A stretch of 38,390 nt of DNA. It comes from a virus. Both the position numbers and the translations under genes were made by a program. The notes beneath the pieces are model-generated. The model saw only the letters and a program-made list of their open reading frames with translations, was not told the origin of the DNA and searched no databases. Shown in pieces: positions 30,911 through 38,390 of this stretch. Numbering within the stretch: the first letter of the stretch is position 1; each line of letters begins with the position of its first letter. Location of the stretch: IMG/VR virus record IMGVR_UViG_3300045988_008627. One strand, given 5' to 3'.

Positions 30911-31318
30911 TTACTTATCGCCGCGCTTTTGTAGGGGGGCCTCGTGAACGGGCTGCGTATTCTTCCGAGGTAGGGCGTGCGGTGATTCAGCCGGCGCCCC
31001 GGCCTCGCGCGACGGGGGGATCGGGTCGCCGGCGGCGTCGAAGAAAATTTTTTGCGTCAGAGATTTTGCGACGCCGTGCCCGTCAAACTGATCGTGGCAG
31101 TCCTTGCAGACGAACTCGAGGTTGGAGTAGGACAGGCTGATGTCCGGGTCGGTGATGTTGTCCGGCGTGAGCGCCCGCTTGTGGTGGACGATATAGCCCG
31201 GCTTGTCCCGGCACTCTTCGCAGAGCCCGCCGTCAATGGTCCGGCGGAACTTGATATACCCTGCGCGGCATTTCTTCCAGCGCGCGGATGCGTAAAAGCG
31301 CGCGGCCCATGGCTGCAT
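30911..31318 (-). CDS. HNH endonuclease (terminase-associated)
   Basis: CEECRDKPGYIVHHKRALTPDNITDPDISLSYSNLEFVCKDCHD is the HNH motif. The position is typical of cos-type HK97-like phages. Confidence 0.85.
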   Translation of the reverse strand: MQPWAARFYASARWKKCRAGYIKFRRTIDGGLCEECRDKPGYIVHHKRALTPDNITDPDISLSYSNLEFVCKDCHDQFDGHGVAKSLTQKIFFDAAGDPIPPSREAGAPAESPHALPRKNTQPVHEAPLQKRGDK

Positions 31319-31376
31319 CCTGTTCCCTCCAATTCTTCACGCTATCACTGTAGCACAGATTTTAGGCTCTGTTAGC

Positions 31377-31787
31377 TCAACTTTTGCGGTAGCCAAGCTC
31401 CCGCGCCGCTTCGTATACGAAACGGCTGTACATGCGCTTGGCTGTCGACTGGCTGACATGCACCCGGCGCGCGGCGGATTCCAGGCTTTCCCTCGGCCAG
31501 ATCCATGCGTGCAGGCGCACGATCTCCAGCACATCGGCTCCGTCCCGCCATGTCTGTGCGGTATTGATCGCGGCTTGCACGGCAGCATAGTCCTCGTACT
31601 CCCGCGAAGATAAAACGCGCACAGCGATATCCTCGACGGCGCGCCCGGAGGAATGTCCGCCCGGCTGTGCAGAATATCCCGGCGTGATCTTCTGGCGGCT
31701 CATGTCCCGAACCTGTCTGTCCAGTTTCGGGAATTCGCCGATGGTGCGGCAGACGTTCCAGTACCACCAGTATCTCGGCTTTGACAC
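31377..31787 (-). CDS. Putative late-gene transcriptional regulator (sigma-70 region-4-like HTH)
   Basis: GTG start at 31787. The C-terminal HTH is LESAARRVHVSQSTAKRMYSRFVYEAARELG. It lies immediately upstream of the packaging module. Confidence 0.5.
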   Translation of the reverse strand: MSKPRYWWYWNVCRTIGEFPKLDRQVRDMSRQKITPGYSAQPGGHSSGRAVEDIAVRVLSSREYEDYAAVQAAINTAQTWRDGADVLEIVRLHAWIWPRESLESAARRVHVSQSTAKRMYSRFVYEAARELGYRKS

Positions 31788-31837
31788 TTTCCCACTTCCT
31801 TCCTGCTTCGTGCTAAAACCTTACGCATATACAAGGC

Positions 31838-32608
31838 TTAATTTAAGCGGCTCCCGTTCCGCTTGTGCTCTGATCTTGGATCGACTACATACTTATAATA
31901 TTGATACCCGTACTTTGTCGTCCGAGCCTCGACGAGGATATAGCCGCGCGGGGCGACGGGCGGATGCTTTGGGCTGTACTCGCGCACGGCCTCGGTCGCA
32001 GGTTCCGGCTCGGGGCGGATACAATTTCGCGTCGCCTTGTACCGGTGGCCGCCGAATTCTTTTCTCCAGTGCGCATGCAGGTAACTGGCAAGTGCTGTGT
32101 AGTCCTGGCCGTGGTCGACCTTATTTCCCTGCTCATCTATATAATAGTTGTGCTTTCGCAGGTGCCGAACCTCGATCACGCTGCCGAGCCCCCAAAGCCC
32201 GCCGATAGCTTCTTCCGGGATTCCCTCTGTTACCAGGTGCAAATGGAAGCGATTGGTTGTTTTTCCTCTTCCGTAGAAAGCAACGATTTTGGCCTCCGGA
32301 TAGTGATACTGCATGCGGCGCACAAGGTTGTCGCGCACTCTGCGCATTTCCTCTGCGGTATGTACCTCGTTTTCTGTATCCAATGTCAGGGTGGAATACA
32401 GGCTTGTGGGCGAGAAATTGGCGTTCATCAGCGCAACGAGCCGATCCAGCGATTGCTTACTGTTGAATTCCTCGCGTTCTTCCTGCGACTGGAACCGCGG
32501 CTTCTTTGGCCGGCTGGTCTTCGGATCCGCGCCATCGGACACGGTATAAACGATCTGCGTACATACCGCCCCTGTAAACAGGCGGCGCTTGTGTCTCTTT
32601 GCCATCAT
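31838..32608 (-). CDS. HUH-superfamily Rep-like protein (putative rolling-circle initiator, Rep_1-like motifs)
   Basis: LYSTLTLD (motif I-like), NRFHLHLVTEG (the HUH motif) and TALASYLHAHWRK (a candidate Tyr motif). ATG 32608 has AAGAGG 5 nt upstream; GTG 32614 and ATG 32605 are alternatives. Confidence 0.5.
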   Translation of the reverse strand: MMAKRHKRRLFTGAVCTQIVYTVSDGADPKTSRPKKPRFQSQEEREEFNSKQSLDRLVALMNANFSPTSLYSTLTLDTENEVHTAEEMRRVRDNLVRRMQYHYPEAKIVAFYGRGKTTNRFHLHLVTEGIPEEAIGGLWGLGSVIEVRHLRKHNYYIDEQGNKVDHGQDYTALASYLHAHWRKEFGGHRYKATRNCIRPEPEPATEAVREYSPKHPPVAPRGYILVEARTTKYGYQYYKYVVDPRSEHKRNGSRLN

Positions 32609-32699
32609 CCACACCTCTTTCTCCCGGGCGGACAGAGCCGTCCGCCCCTACAGGTCCATCTGCCCGCTCAAAGCGTGGCCGGAGATTCCGGCCACAATT

Positions 32700-32963
32700 T
32701 CAACGATCAGTTTTCTCGCACATTTCCTTTTCTGCGTTCTCTGTTGGCGTTATCGGTGGAAAGCCGAATGCCGCCCTGATTTCGTTCGGGGTGTTCTTGC
32801 GGAATACATCTTCTTCCTGCATGATGGCTTTCCAAGCAGCTGCGTCCAGCGCCTCAAGCGTTACTTCCGCTTGACGCTTCAGGCTGCGCAGCTTGAAAAA
32901 TACCAGCACGCCCAGCGCGATCCACTCCAGCGCAGCAGCAAGCTCCAAAATCTCAATGATCAT
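32700..32963 (-). CDS. Small membrane protein (87 aa)
   Basis: N-terminal TM segment LELAAALEWIALGVLVFF. Its start overlaps the upstream gene end. Confidence 0.55.
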   Translation of the reverse strand: MIIEILELAAALEWIALGVLVFFKLRSLKRQAEVTLEALDAAAWKAIMQEEDVFRKNTPNEIRAAFGFPPITPTENAEKEMCEKTDR

Positions 32964-33153
32964 TTTCTTCTCCTTCCACTCCTTCCAATTCTCCTTTGCA
33001 GTATGTGCAGCGGCTCGGCAGGCTCTTTTTCAAACCGCCTTTTTTCCAGAGTTCGAAGCACGGTTTCTCCGGTCTGCCGCAGTATGGGCATCGGTAGACA
33101 CGGAAGATATCATCCCAGCGCCAGCCCATGCGGACTTCGTTTTTCTCCTTCAA
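32953..33153 (-). CDS. Small zinc-ribbon protein (66 aa)
   Basis: The cysteine pairs are CPYCG...CTYCKG. An alternative start is ATG 33129. Confidence 0.5.
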   Translation of the reverse strand: MKEKNEVRMGWRWDDIFRVYRCPYCGRPEKPCFELWKKGGLKKSLPSRCTYCKGELEGVEGEENDH

Positions 33154-33505
33154 GCCCCGTCGCCTCCCTCATTGCTTCAACCAGCCTCTTTTCAAGTTTG
33201 TCCTGGTCGATCTTCCTTTCTATCGTTACGCCCTCCTGCTCTACCCACACGCCGTCCGTGCGCTTCGTAAATCCTGCTGGTGCAAAATTTCTGGCGTGTT
33301 CCAGCTCCGGCGTATGCCTGCACGTTGGATAGCTGCATTTCTCACAAGCCTTTCTGTCGCAGAGGAACAGGATATTCCGCTCTTTCGCCCGCGATACGCC
33401 GTTCGGCAGAAGAACGACTGGCTGCCCGATCTCCGCCGCAATCTGCGCCTGAAGCTTTTTCCGATCGCCGTCACGCAGTGTGACTGTGCATTCCAGCAAA
33501 ATCAT
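33110..33505 (-). CDS. Hypothetical Cys-rich phage protein (131 aa)
   Basis: The motif FLCDRKACEKCSYPTCRHT recurs in Firmicute phage hypothetical proteins (from memory). Confidence 0.55.
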   Translation of the reverse strand: MILLECTVTLRDGDRKKLQAQIAAEIGQPVVLLPNGVSRAKERNILFLCDRKACEKCSYPTCRHTPELEHARNFAPAGFTKRTDGVWVEQEGVTIERKIDQDKLEKRLVEAMREATGLEGEKRSPHGLALG

Positions 33506-33508
33506 TTT

Positions 33509-34075
33509 CTATTTTTCCTCCACGTCTTCCGGCGGACGGCTGAACGAGAATTCCTTGCGGTTCCCAACAAACTTGGGCTCCGTCCACCTAATCCCAGCGA
33601 TTTTCATGCCGCATTGCGGGCATTTTTGTGGGCTGATGATTGGTTCTTCGAGTCTAAAGTCAATGGTGTCTTCTGCGCCAAGTGGAAAGATGTACCATCT
33701 TTCATCGTTGCTCACGCTGAATTCGTCGAAGACATAGTTGCATACCGGGCAAACGGGGCACAAGTCCAAGAACCCCTCGCTCTTGCTTCCTCGTTTTTTG
33801 ATATTTTCTTCTGTTTTTCTCTGATTTTCTTCCGCCGCATCGTTTTCCCGGATCTTTTGGTAGTATTCCAGCAGCTTCTCCCCGGCATTTTTGAGCAGCA
33901 CGGTATAGCAGTCCGGCACATCCTCCTGGAACCATCCTGCGATGGGGCCGCCGTTCAGCAGGCACTTGTCGCAGTCGTCCACCCTGCACGCCTCTATCGC
34001 CTGCATGATCTCCGTAAAACTCATATTTTTTTTGCCGAGCAGCAGCGCTTCCCGGCGTTTTTCTTTTCTGCTCAT
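33509..34075 (-). CDS. Hypothetical protein with zinc-ribbon motifs (188 aa)
   Basis: Cysteine motifs CPVCPVC...CPQCG. ATGA-coupled to the upstream gene. Confidence 0.55.
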   Translation of the reverse strand: MSRKEKRREALLLGKKNMSFTEIMQAIEACRVDDCDKCLLNGGPIAGWFQEDVPDCYTVLLKNAGEKLLEYYQKIRENDAAEENQRKTEENIKKRGSKSEGFLDLCPVCPVCNYVFDEFSVSNDERWYIFPLGAEDTIDFRLEEPIISPQKCPQCGMKIAGIRWTEPKFVGNRKEFSFSRPPEDVEEK

Positions 34076-34419
34076 CCCTGCGCCGCCTCCATTTCCTTGC
34101 GCTCTTGCATAAAGCCGTGCAGGAACAGCTCCAGCAGAGCGGCGGCGCGGTTGGTCAGATTTGTGAAATCCTTTTTGCTGATCTGCAGTTTGCCGGTCGT
34201 AACAACCTCAGTCTCCGGTCTGCCAATAATCTGAATCGTCGGATTTGGCACCAGTTTCTTTTGGCCGTCCTCCACTATGAAAAGCGGCGGCGTGGACTGC
34301 TCCATGACGATGCGCGGTGGGTATGCCTCGCCCCGGAAGCTGGTATCCCAATTCAGCTTTTCGTAGTACGCGACAAAATTGTCGAGGTCGTGCGCAAAAG
34401 TTCCCATGATTTCTGCCAT
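34072..34419 (-). CDS. Hypothetical protein (115 aa)
   Basis: ORF 34072..34452 trimmed to ATG 34419 (AAGGAG upstream). Confidence 0.55.
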   Translation of the reverse strand: MAEIMGTFAHDLDNFVAYYEKLNWDTSFRGEAYPPRIVMEQSTPPLFIVEDGQKKLVPNPTIQIIGRPETEVVTTGKLQISKKDFTNLTNRAAALLELFLHGFMQERKEMEAAQG

Positions 34420-34432
34420 TTTAATACTCCTT

Positions 34433-34822
34433 TCACACTTCCACGCACTCATCGGCGCGGATATTGATGCGTTTGCCGCCGGACTGGATCACATAGCCGT
34501 ACCGCTTCGTGCTTGTCGGCGGGCGGTATTTTTCTGCCGGGTAGATCTGCCCGACGGCCGGGCTCAGCTCCGGATAAACCTCGATCGGCCTTGTAATACG
34601 GATGTTTACCCGGCTGTGCGGCAGGCGGAGCTCGCCGTTTTCGGCGCGCATGCGCTCTCCGCATTGTATGTGTCCTTCGGCCCGCACTGCTTTGATGTTT
34701 GCGTTCCTGCATTTCGGTGAGCAGCACGGCTTGTATGTTCTGTACTGCCGCAGATAGCTCGGCGTCCGGTAAAATTCCTTCCCGCACTGCGGGCAGATCA
34801 GCTTGACTAATTCCTGTTTCAT
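34433..34822 (-). CDS. Zinc-ribbon protein (129 aa)
   Basis: Cysteine motifs CPQCG...CCSPKC. AAGGGA lies upstream of ATG 34822. Confidence 0.55.
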   Translation of the reverse strand: MKQELVKLICPQCGKEFYRTPSYLRQYRTYKPCCSPKCRNANIKAVRAEGHIQCGERMRAENGELRLPHSRVNIRITRPIEVYPELSPAVGQIYPAEKYRPPTSTKRYGYVIQSGGKRINIRADECVEV

Positions 34823-35201
34823 GCGTTCACATCCCTTTCGTCTGGGGGCCGGTATTCCGGCCCCCGTAGGCAGGACGGGCTTTCACCGTCTGCGCACCGG
34901 CGCGCCGCGCTCGCTTGTCAAACGCTGCGCATTTCCGGGCGAGCCGCCCTTGACTGCCATCAGGCGGCTTATAAAAAGGAGGCAAGCGATGCCGTCAGGC
35001 GATGCCGACCCGACGGTGGGGTAACGTTGACTGGTTCCGTTCGCGCGCACGTCCCACACGCGCTTTTTTTATCCCCGGCGCACGGGCTTGAGGGTTTTAC
35101 CGTGCGCCGGGTGCAAAGCCGAGGAAAGTTCCCCCCGCAGCCGTCTCAAGGCAAAGCGGCTGCGGCATATGTCCAAAAAATAAGGTTCCCCGGCTGATTG
35201 C
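34823..35201. other. 379-bp non-coding, hairpin-rich island (candidate ori, sRNA or regulatory region)
   Basis: No credible ORF. Perfect stems at 34844-34865 (9 bp), 35074-35111 (12 bp) and 35135-35165 (9 bp). Direct repeats TGCC(A/G)TCAGGCG at 34955 and 34990, and GCGATGCCG at 34986 and 34999. A plus-strand hairpin with T7 lies at 35043-35070. Confidence 0.6.
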
Positions 35202-35405
35202 CTATTCCTTGGTGCTGATATCCTTGTGCAGCAGGCCGTCCTCGCTCTTTTTGAACGGCAGCGCCTTGCGCCGCGCCTGCTCCTCCGGATTCCAGCCGCA
35301 CCGTTCGCAGAAATCCGGTGCGAGTTTTGCGTACTGGCAGGCGTTTCCGCCTTTCGGCAGGCCGCACCCAGCGTGCGGGCTGCTCTCGTTTTTTTCTTCC
35401 GGCAT
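35202..35405 (-). CDS. Small Cys-rich protein (67 aa)
   Basis: Contains CGLPKGGNACQYAKLAPDFCERCGW. ATG 35405 lies just after the upstream stop. Confidence 0.55.
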   Translation of the reverse strand: MPEEKNESSPHAGCGLPKGGNACQYAKLAPDFCERCGWNPEEQARRKALPFKKSEDGLLHKDISTKE

Positions 35406-35407
35406 GT

Positions 35408-35839
35408 TTAAATCTCCTGTATGTCGATTCCAAATTTTGATCGCATGAATTTCCGGTTGCGCAGATACTCCTTTGTCCGCGTCGGCGTGGACTTCACATC
35501 CTCGACGACGAGCTTGCCGCCGAATTTGTACGAGAAGTCCGCCGTGTACCGCACCGCGCGAATGCGCTCGCCAGTCTCGGTGATGTAGCTCTCCTGCAAG
35601 GTGAACTGCGGTTGCAGGCGCAGATCGGAGATAATGCCAGCCCGGAGCATCACCATCAGCTCGTCATACCGCTGCGCCTCCTTCTGGCTGTCGAACCGGA
35701 TCCCGGCCCGCTCGGCAGGCGCGTTGTGGTACTTGGCCGCGCTCTGCTGCGCCCGCGCCTCCGGGAGCACCTGCCGCGCGTAAGCCTCCCGCATCCTCGG
35801 CGGCATGTCCGCCATGCTTTCAAACCGCAGTCCGCTCAT
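35408..35839 (-). CDS. DUF1064-family protein (putative Holliday-junction-resolvase-like nuclease)
   Basis: KYHNAPAERAGIRFDSQKEAQRYDELMVMLRAGIISDLRLQPQFTL matches the DUF1064 signature KYxNxK...FDSxxEaxRYxeL...LxxQpxF. Confidence 0.75.
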   Translation of the reverse strand: MSGLRFESMADMPPRMREAYARQVLPEARAQQSAAKYHNAPAERAGIRFDSQKEAQRYDELMVMLRAGIISDLRLQPQFTLQESYITETGERIRAVRYTADFSYKFGGKLVVEDVKSTPTRTKEYLRNRKFMRSKFGIDIQEI

Positions 35840-36150
35840 TCGGCAGCTCCATCCATCTTCGCCCCGCAGTTGGGGCAGTATTTGTAATTCAGCAAGCTCA
35901 CGTCATCGTCCGTCTCAAAGCACCACTCTTCGCTGCAAAGGGAGCACTGAATTGTTGTGAGGCTATTCCAGTCATCATCTGCTCGCAGCCACTGTCCATG
36001 CACCACCTCCGCAACGTCGGCGGCGGGCTGACGCAGCAGGAGCGTTTTTACCCGCTGCGGTGTCCAGTTCGGATTTTCCGCGTTGCAGGATTCAAAGTCT
36101 TTCAGTGCCTCGGTTCTGCTGATAAATTCTTCAGTCGCAACGTTTTCCAT
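35836..36150 (-). CDS. Hypothetical protein with a C-terminal zinc ribbon (104 aa)
   Basis: ORF trimmed to ATG 36150 (GGAGGGAG 7 nt upstream). Contains VVHGQW...CSLC...CPNCGAKMD. Confidence 0.55.
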   Translation of the reverse strand: MENVATEEFISRTEALKDFESCNAENPNWTPQRVKTLLLRQPAADVAEVVHGQWLRADDDWNSLTTIQCSLCSEEWCFETDDDVSLLNYKYCPNCGAKMDGAAE

Positions 36151-36397
36151 CGTCAAACTCCCTCCAAGTGTGATACAGTGCCCATGCCAGCGGGTCACGG
36201 ACGAACGGCATCTTTTTTGCTTCCGCGTATTTCTTATCAAGGATGCTCATGGCCTTCTTCCACGCGCGATCTCCAACGTGCAGTTCGGCGGGGAAGTATA
36301 TCCTTTCCAGTCTGTCGATGTCCCCGACGTGCAAGCGAGCAGTCCCGCGCTCGTCAAAGAGCGCGTAGACGTCCTTGTCTTTGATGTAACCAATCAT
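36131..36397 (-). CDS. Hypothetical protein (88 aa)
   Basis: ORF 36131..36430 trimmed to ATG 36397 (AGAGGGGGAA 7 nt upstream). Confidence 0.5.
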   Translation of the reverse strand: MIGYIKDKDVYALFDERGTARLHVGDIDRLERIYFPAELHVGDRAWKKAMSILDKKYAEAKKMPFVRDPLAWALYHTWREFDDGKRCD

Positions 36398-36442
36398 TTC
36401 AAAGTTCCCCCTCTGGCACGCCGAACGCATTTACGATCTTTT

Positions 36443-36892
36443 TCATGACCTTCCATCCATTTCCTGCAAAGCCAGCTCGACCTCCCCAATGTCAAACAGT
36501 CCGACCTTTATTCCACTCGGCGTATTCTGGCCATGTGCGAACGCCGTCAGATGGATATTCCAGTGATCCGGTTTGTACGAAATCCCGTTTCTAACGATCT
36601 CAATGTCCGAATATCCTTTGCACGGCAGAATCAGGACGCGCCCGTCCTTGTCGGCCTCGGCAAGCTTGCGGATGTGCTTGAGCAATGTAAGCTGCTCAGT
36701 CAGCGTTTTTGATTCTTTCAGCGCGTAATCGAACAGCTCTCCTAGCGCAGTTACCTCTTTTGGCGTCAGCCCCGTATCCTCGTAGGCCGCGAGTCGATCT
36801 GCCATCTGAACGACTTCGGTCATCGTTAAGTGGTACAGACCGTGCCCATTTACCAGAACACAATCTTCATTCCGGCTTGTCAGTCGCTCCAT
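36443..36892 (-). CDS. Hypothetical protein, paralogue B of a tandem pair
   Basis: MERLTS..., DRLAAYEDTGLTPKEV and LAEADKDGRVLILPCK are shared with the upstream gene. ATG 36892 lies 6 nt after GGAAGGAGG. Confidence 0.6.
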   Translation of the reverse strand: MERLTSRNEDCVLVNGHGLYHLTMTEVVQMADRLAAYEDTGLTPKEVTALGELFDYALKESKTLTEQLTLLKHIRKLAEADKDGRVLILPCKGYSDIEIVRNGISYKPDHWNIHLTAFAHGQNTPSGIKVGLFDIGEVELALQEMDGRS

Positions 36893-37313
36893 CGGCATCC
36901 TCCTTCCCTTGTGTTTCCCGCGAAGCCCTCTCGGCTTCTTCGCGGGTTAAAAATATGCTCTTCCCGATTGCATTTTTATCGAAAGCCGGGCCGCCTGCCG
37001 TCTCGTAGATGACCTCGCGCACCGTGTGCTCATACACCCTCACCCCGTCAGTCTCGTACACCTTGCACGGCAATATAATGACGCGCCCGTCCTTGTCGGC
37101 CTCGGCAAGCTCGCGGAGGCGGCTAGGCTCCACTCCCAGCGCCTGCGCTGCCAGATTTATCATCGTGTCCTCCGTAAATGGAGCCTTGATTTCCTCCGGC
37201 GTCAGGCCCGTGTCCTCGTAGGCCGCGAGGCGATCAACAAAATCCGCCTGGTACTGCACTCCGCTGAAATTTACCCGCCAGTATCCGTCTTTGAAATAAG
37301 TCAGTCGTTCCAT
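36867..37313 (-). CDS. Hypothetical protein, paralogue A of a tandem pair
   Basis: Contains MERLTY..., DRLAAYEDTGLTPEEI and LAEADKDGRVIILPCK. Confidence 0.6.
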   Translation of the reverse strand: MERLTYFKDGYWRVNFSGVQYQADFVDRLAAYEDTGLTPEEIKAPFTEDTMINLAAQALGVEPSRLRELAEADKDGRVIILPCKVYETDGVRVYEHTVREVIYETAGGPAFDKNAIGKSIFLTREEAERASRETQGKEDADGATDKPE

Positions 37314-37738
37314 AGTTCTTCCTCCACATACCGCCAGCTCTGCGGCGGGCGGGTGACCGGCTTGGGTTTTGCCTTGAGCGCTACCTCTACCTCATTTGGC
37401 ACAGCGTAAAATTCCCGCAGTTCGCGCGGGGTGTCGTAAATCTTGAGATTGGAGATGTGCCAGCCGAAGCCTGTGGCAGCTCCGAGATACTGGTGCAGCT
37501 CCGCAGGCTCTAGGCAGGTTGGCCGCGCAGCATCCGACGGGATCCTTCCCGCGCCGTTAATGTTGATGATCTCATCGCACAGAAATTCCCCGATGACTTT
37601 GCCGTTTCCGCATTCGTAGATGTAGCACTTAAACGGTGTGTTCATCTTCGGGCGCGTCTTGCGCACCTCGATGGTCTTCCGCCCGTTGATGATCTTCTCG
37701 CACCACTCCGGGCGAATGCTGATTAAAACAGCTATCAT
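37301..37738 (-). CDS. ASCH-domain protein
   Basis: ORF trimmed to ATG 37738 (ATGA overlap). MIAVLISIRPEWCEKIINGRKTIEVRKTRPK is the typical ASCH N-terminus. Confidence 0.7.
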   Translation of the reverse strand: MIAVLISIRPEWCEKIINGRKTIEVRKTRPKMNTPFKCYIYECGNGKVIGEFLCDEIININGAGRIPSDAARPTCLEPAELHQYLGAATGFGWHISNLKIYDTPRELREFYAVPNEVEVALKAKPKPVTRPPQSWRYVEEELWND

Positions 37739-37953
37739 GCTTGTCTCCTTCCTCCGGCGCGTCCGGTAGTTTGTGTTATGTCCAGTTTCTGAAATAGACG
37801 CACCCGGTAACAGAGTTTTCCACACCGTTCACAGATTGCGTAATTTGTGTGATACTTCCCACCGTGCCGGTTGCTTCTGCGGCGTGTTACCTGCACATAC
37901 GTATACTTGTCCAGCTTGTGCAGACCCATGCGGCAAAGAAGGGGGCTTTTCAT
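37735..37953 (-). CDS. Small hypothetical protein (72 aa)
   Basis: ATGA-coupled at both ends. Contains GLHKLDKYTYVQ...CERCGKL. Confidence 0.5.
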   Translation of the reverse strand: MKSPLLCRMGLHKLDKYTYVQVTRRRSNRHGGKYHTNYAICERCGKLCYRVRLFQKLDITQTTGRAGGRRQA

Positions 37954-38333
37954 AAATCCACCTCCGGTGCTTCCGGCGGCGGCATCCAGTGAGTAATCAA
38001 GTTCTGCGGTACCTCCCAGTTATCGCACGTCCATCCGTCGCTCGGAAAGTATCTTGCCATATCTACAATCGAGCCGCCCGCGTCCCGAAAAGCAACGAGA
38101 TATTTGCTGAGACGGTCTATTGGCAGTCTGTCCTCCACGCTGATCCACTGCGGCACCTTCTCCCGCAGCGCCGCGTTCTCGGCGGTCAGGCGCTCGATTG
38201 CGTTAGCTGCCGCAAACTCGATGTATTCCCGCCGATCTTGGATTTCTCCGACCTTGCAGTTTTCGCACGCGTCGTCGTGTCCAAGCCCCTTCGCGCAGCA
38301 CCGCAGCGCCCGCACGATTTCCTTTTCTGTCAT
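37950..38333 (-). CDS. DUF551-domain protein; may carry a 28-aa N-terminal extension through the duplicated junction
   Basis: WISVEDRLPIDRLSKYLVAF...ITHWMPPPEAP is the DUF551 signature. ATG 38333 is the copy of the ATG that overlaps the DUF3102 stop. The frame stays open upstream to the window end and, after circular closure, to ATG 103. Confidence 0.7.
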   Translation of the reverse strand: MTEKEIVRALRCCAKGLGHDDACENCKVGEIQDRREYIEFAAANAIERLTAENAALREKVPQWISVEDRLPIDRLSKYLVAFRDAGGSIVDMARYFPSDGWTCDNWEVPQNLITHWMPPPEAPEVDL

Positions 38334-38390
38334 GGCGTGCCCTCCATTGCCTTCCCCCACGCGGCCAGTTGGGCGCGGATGGCTGCGCAG
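38308..38390. repeat. Terminal direct repeat with the window start (38315-38390 = 1-76 = 85-160; 38308-38314 = 78-84)
   Basis: Direct comparison of the two ends. The DUF551 gene start at the right end is the continuation of the DUF3102 stop at the left end. Confidence 0.9.

Noticed and set aside
34803-35024. The 73-aa plus-strand ORF (TTG start) across the non-coding island
   Set aside because: It has no SD at its start and an Arg/Pro-rich, low-complexity translation. Only its last 11 codons have a proper SD and ATG, and those are reported as part of the island finding rather than as a gene.
1-38390. Search by eye for tRNA/tmRNA genes, CRISPR arrays, IS or transposase genes, and known defence systems (RM, CBASS, retron, Abi)
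   Set aside because: I noticed no cloverleaf-compatible T-loop/acceptor pattern and no spaced direct-repeat array. No ORF had transposase, methyltransferase, cyclase, RT or ATPase-nuclease signatures. A tRNAscan, Infernal or defence-finder run would be needed to exclude them formally.

Overview
The window reads as one complete temperate siphovirus-type phage or prophage genome, GC-rich and probably from a Bacillota/Clostridia host (inference). The host call rests on a Firmicute-type LexA box, strong GGAGG Shine-Dalgarno sites and the protein families present. The window is circularly closed: nt 1-76 are identical to nt 38315-38390. The lytic genes are all on the minus strand, mostly linked by ATGA/GTGA overlaps, and run across the window junction. 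In order they are: an early operon from a consensus-like promoter at about 5540 (small ORFs, then PcfK-like, PcfJ-like and DUF3102 proteins); after the wrap, DUF551, ASCH and DUF1064 proteins, zinc-ribbon ORFs and an HUH Rep-like protein; a sigma-r4-like regulator; HNH, TerS and TerL; an HK97-type portal, ClpP-like protease and capsid; neck proteins, major tail protein, a frameshifted chaperone, tape measure, Dit, Tal and fibres; then holins and endolysin (12199-13202). The plus strand carries the lysogeny and accessory genes: an XRE repressor, two membrane proteins, a membrane-anchored HTH protein coupled to a large serine integrase, and a two-gene operon behind a perfect consensus promoter. 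No tRNA, rRNA, CRISPR array, transposase or reverse transcriptase was seen. The points most worth follow-up are: (1) a LexA box inside a promoter for a 36-40 codon micro-ORF that converges on a repressor lacking a peptidase domain; (2) the PcfK(AcrIIA9-like)/PcfJ/DUF3102 early module; (3) two uncharacterised accessory operons between integrase and lysis genes; (4) a 379-bp structured non-coding island; (5) an in-frame 84-bp tandem duplication at the genome junction. All family assignments come from motif recognition by eye. No searches were run.
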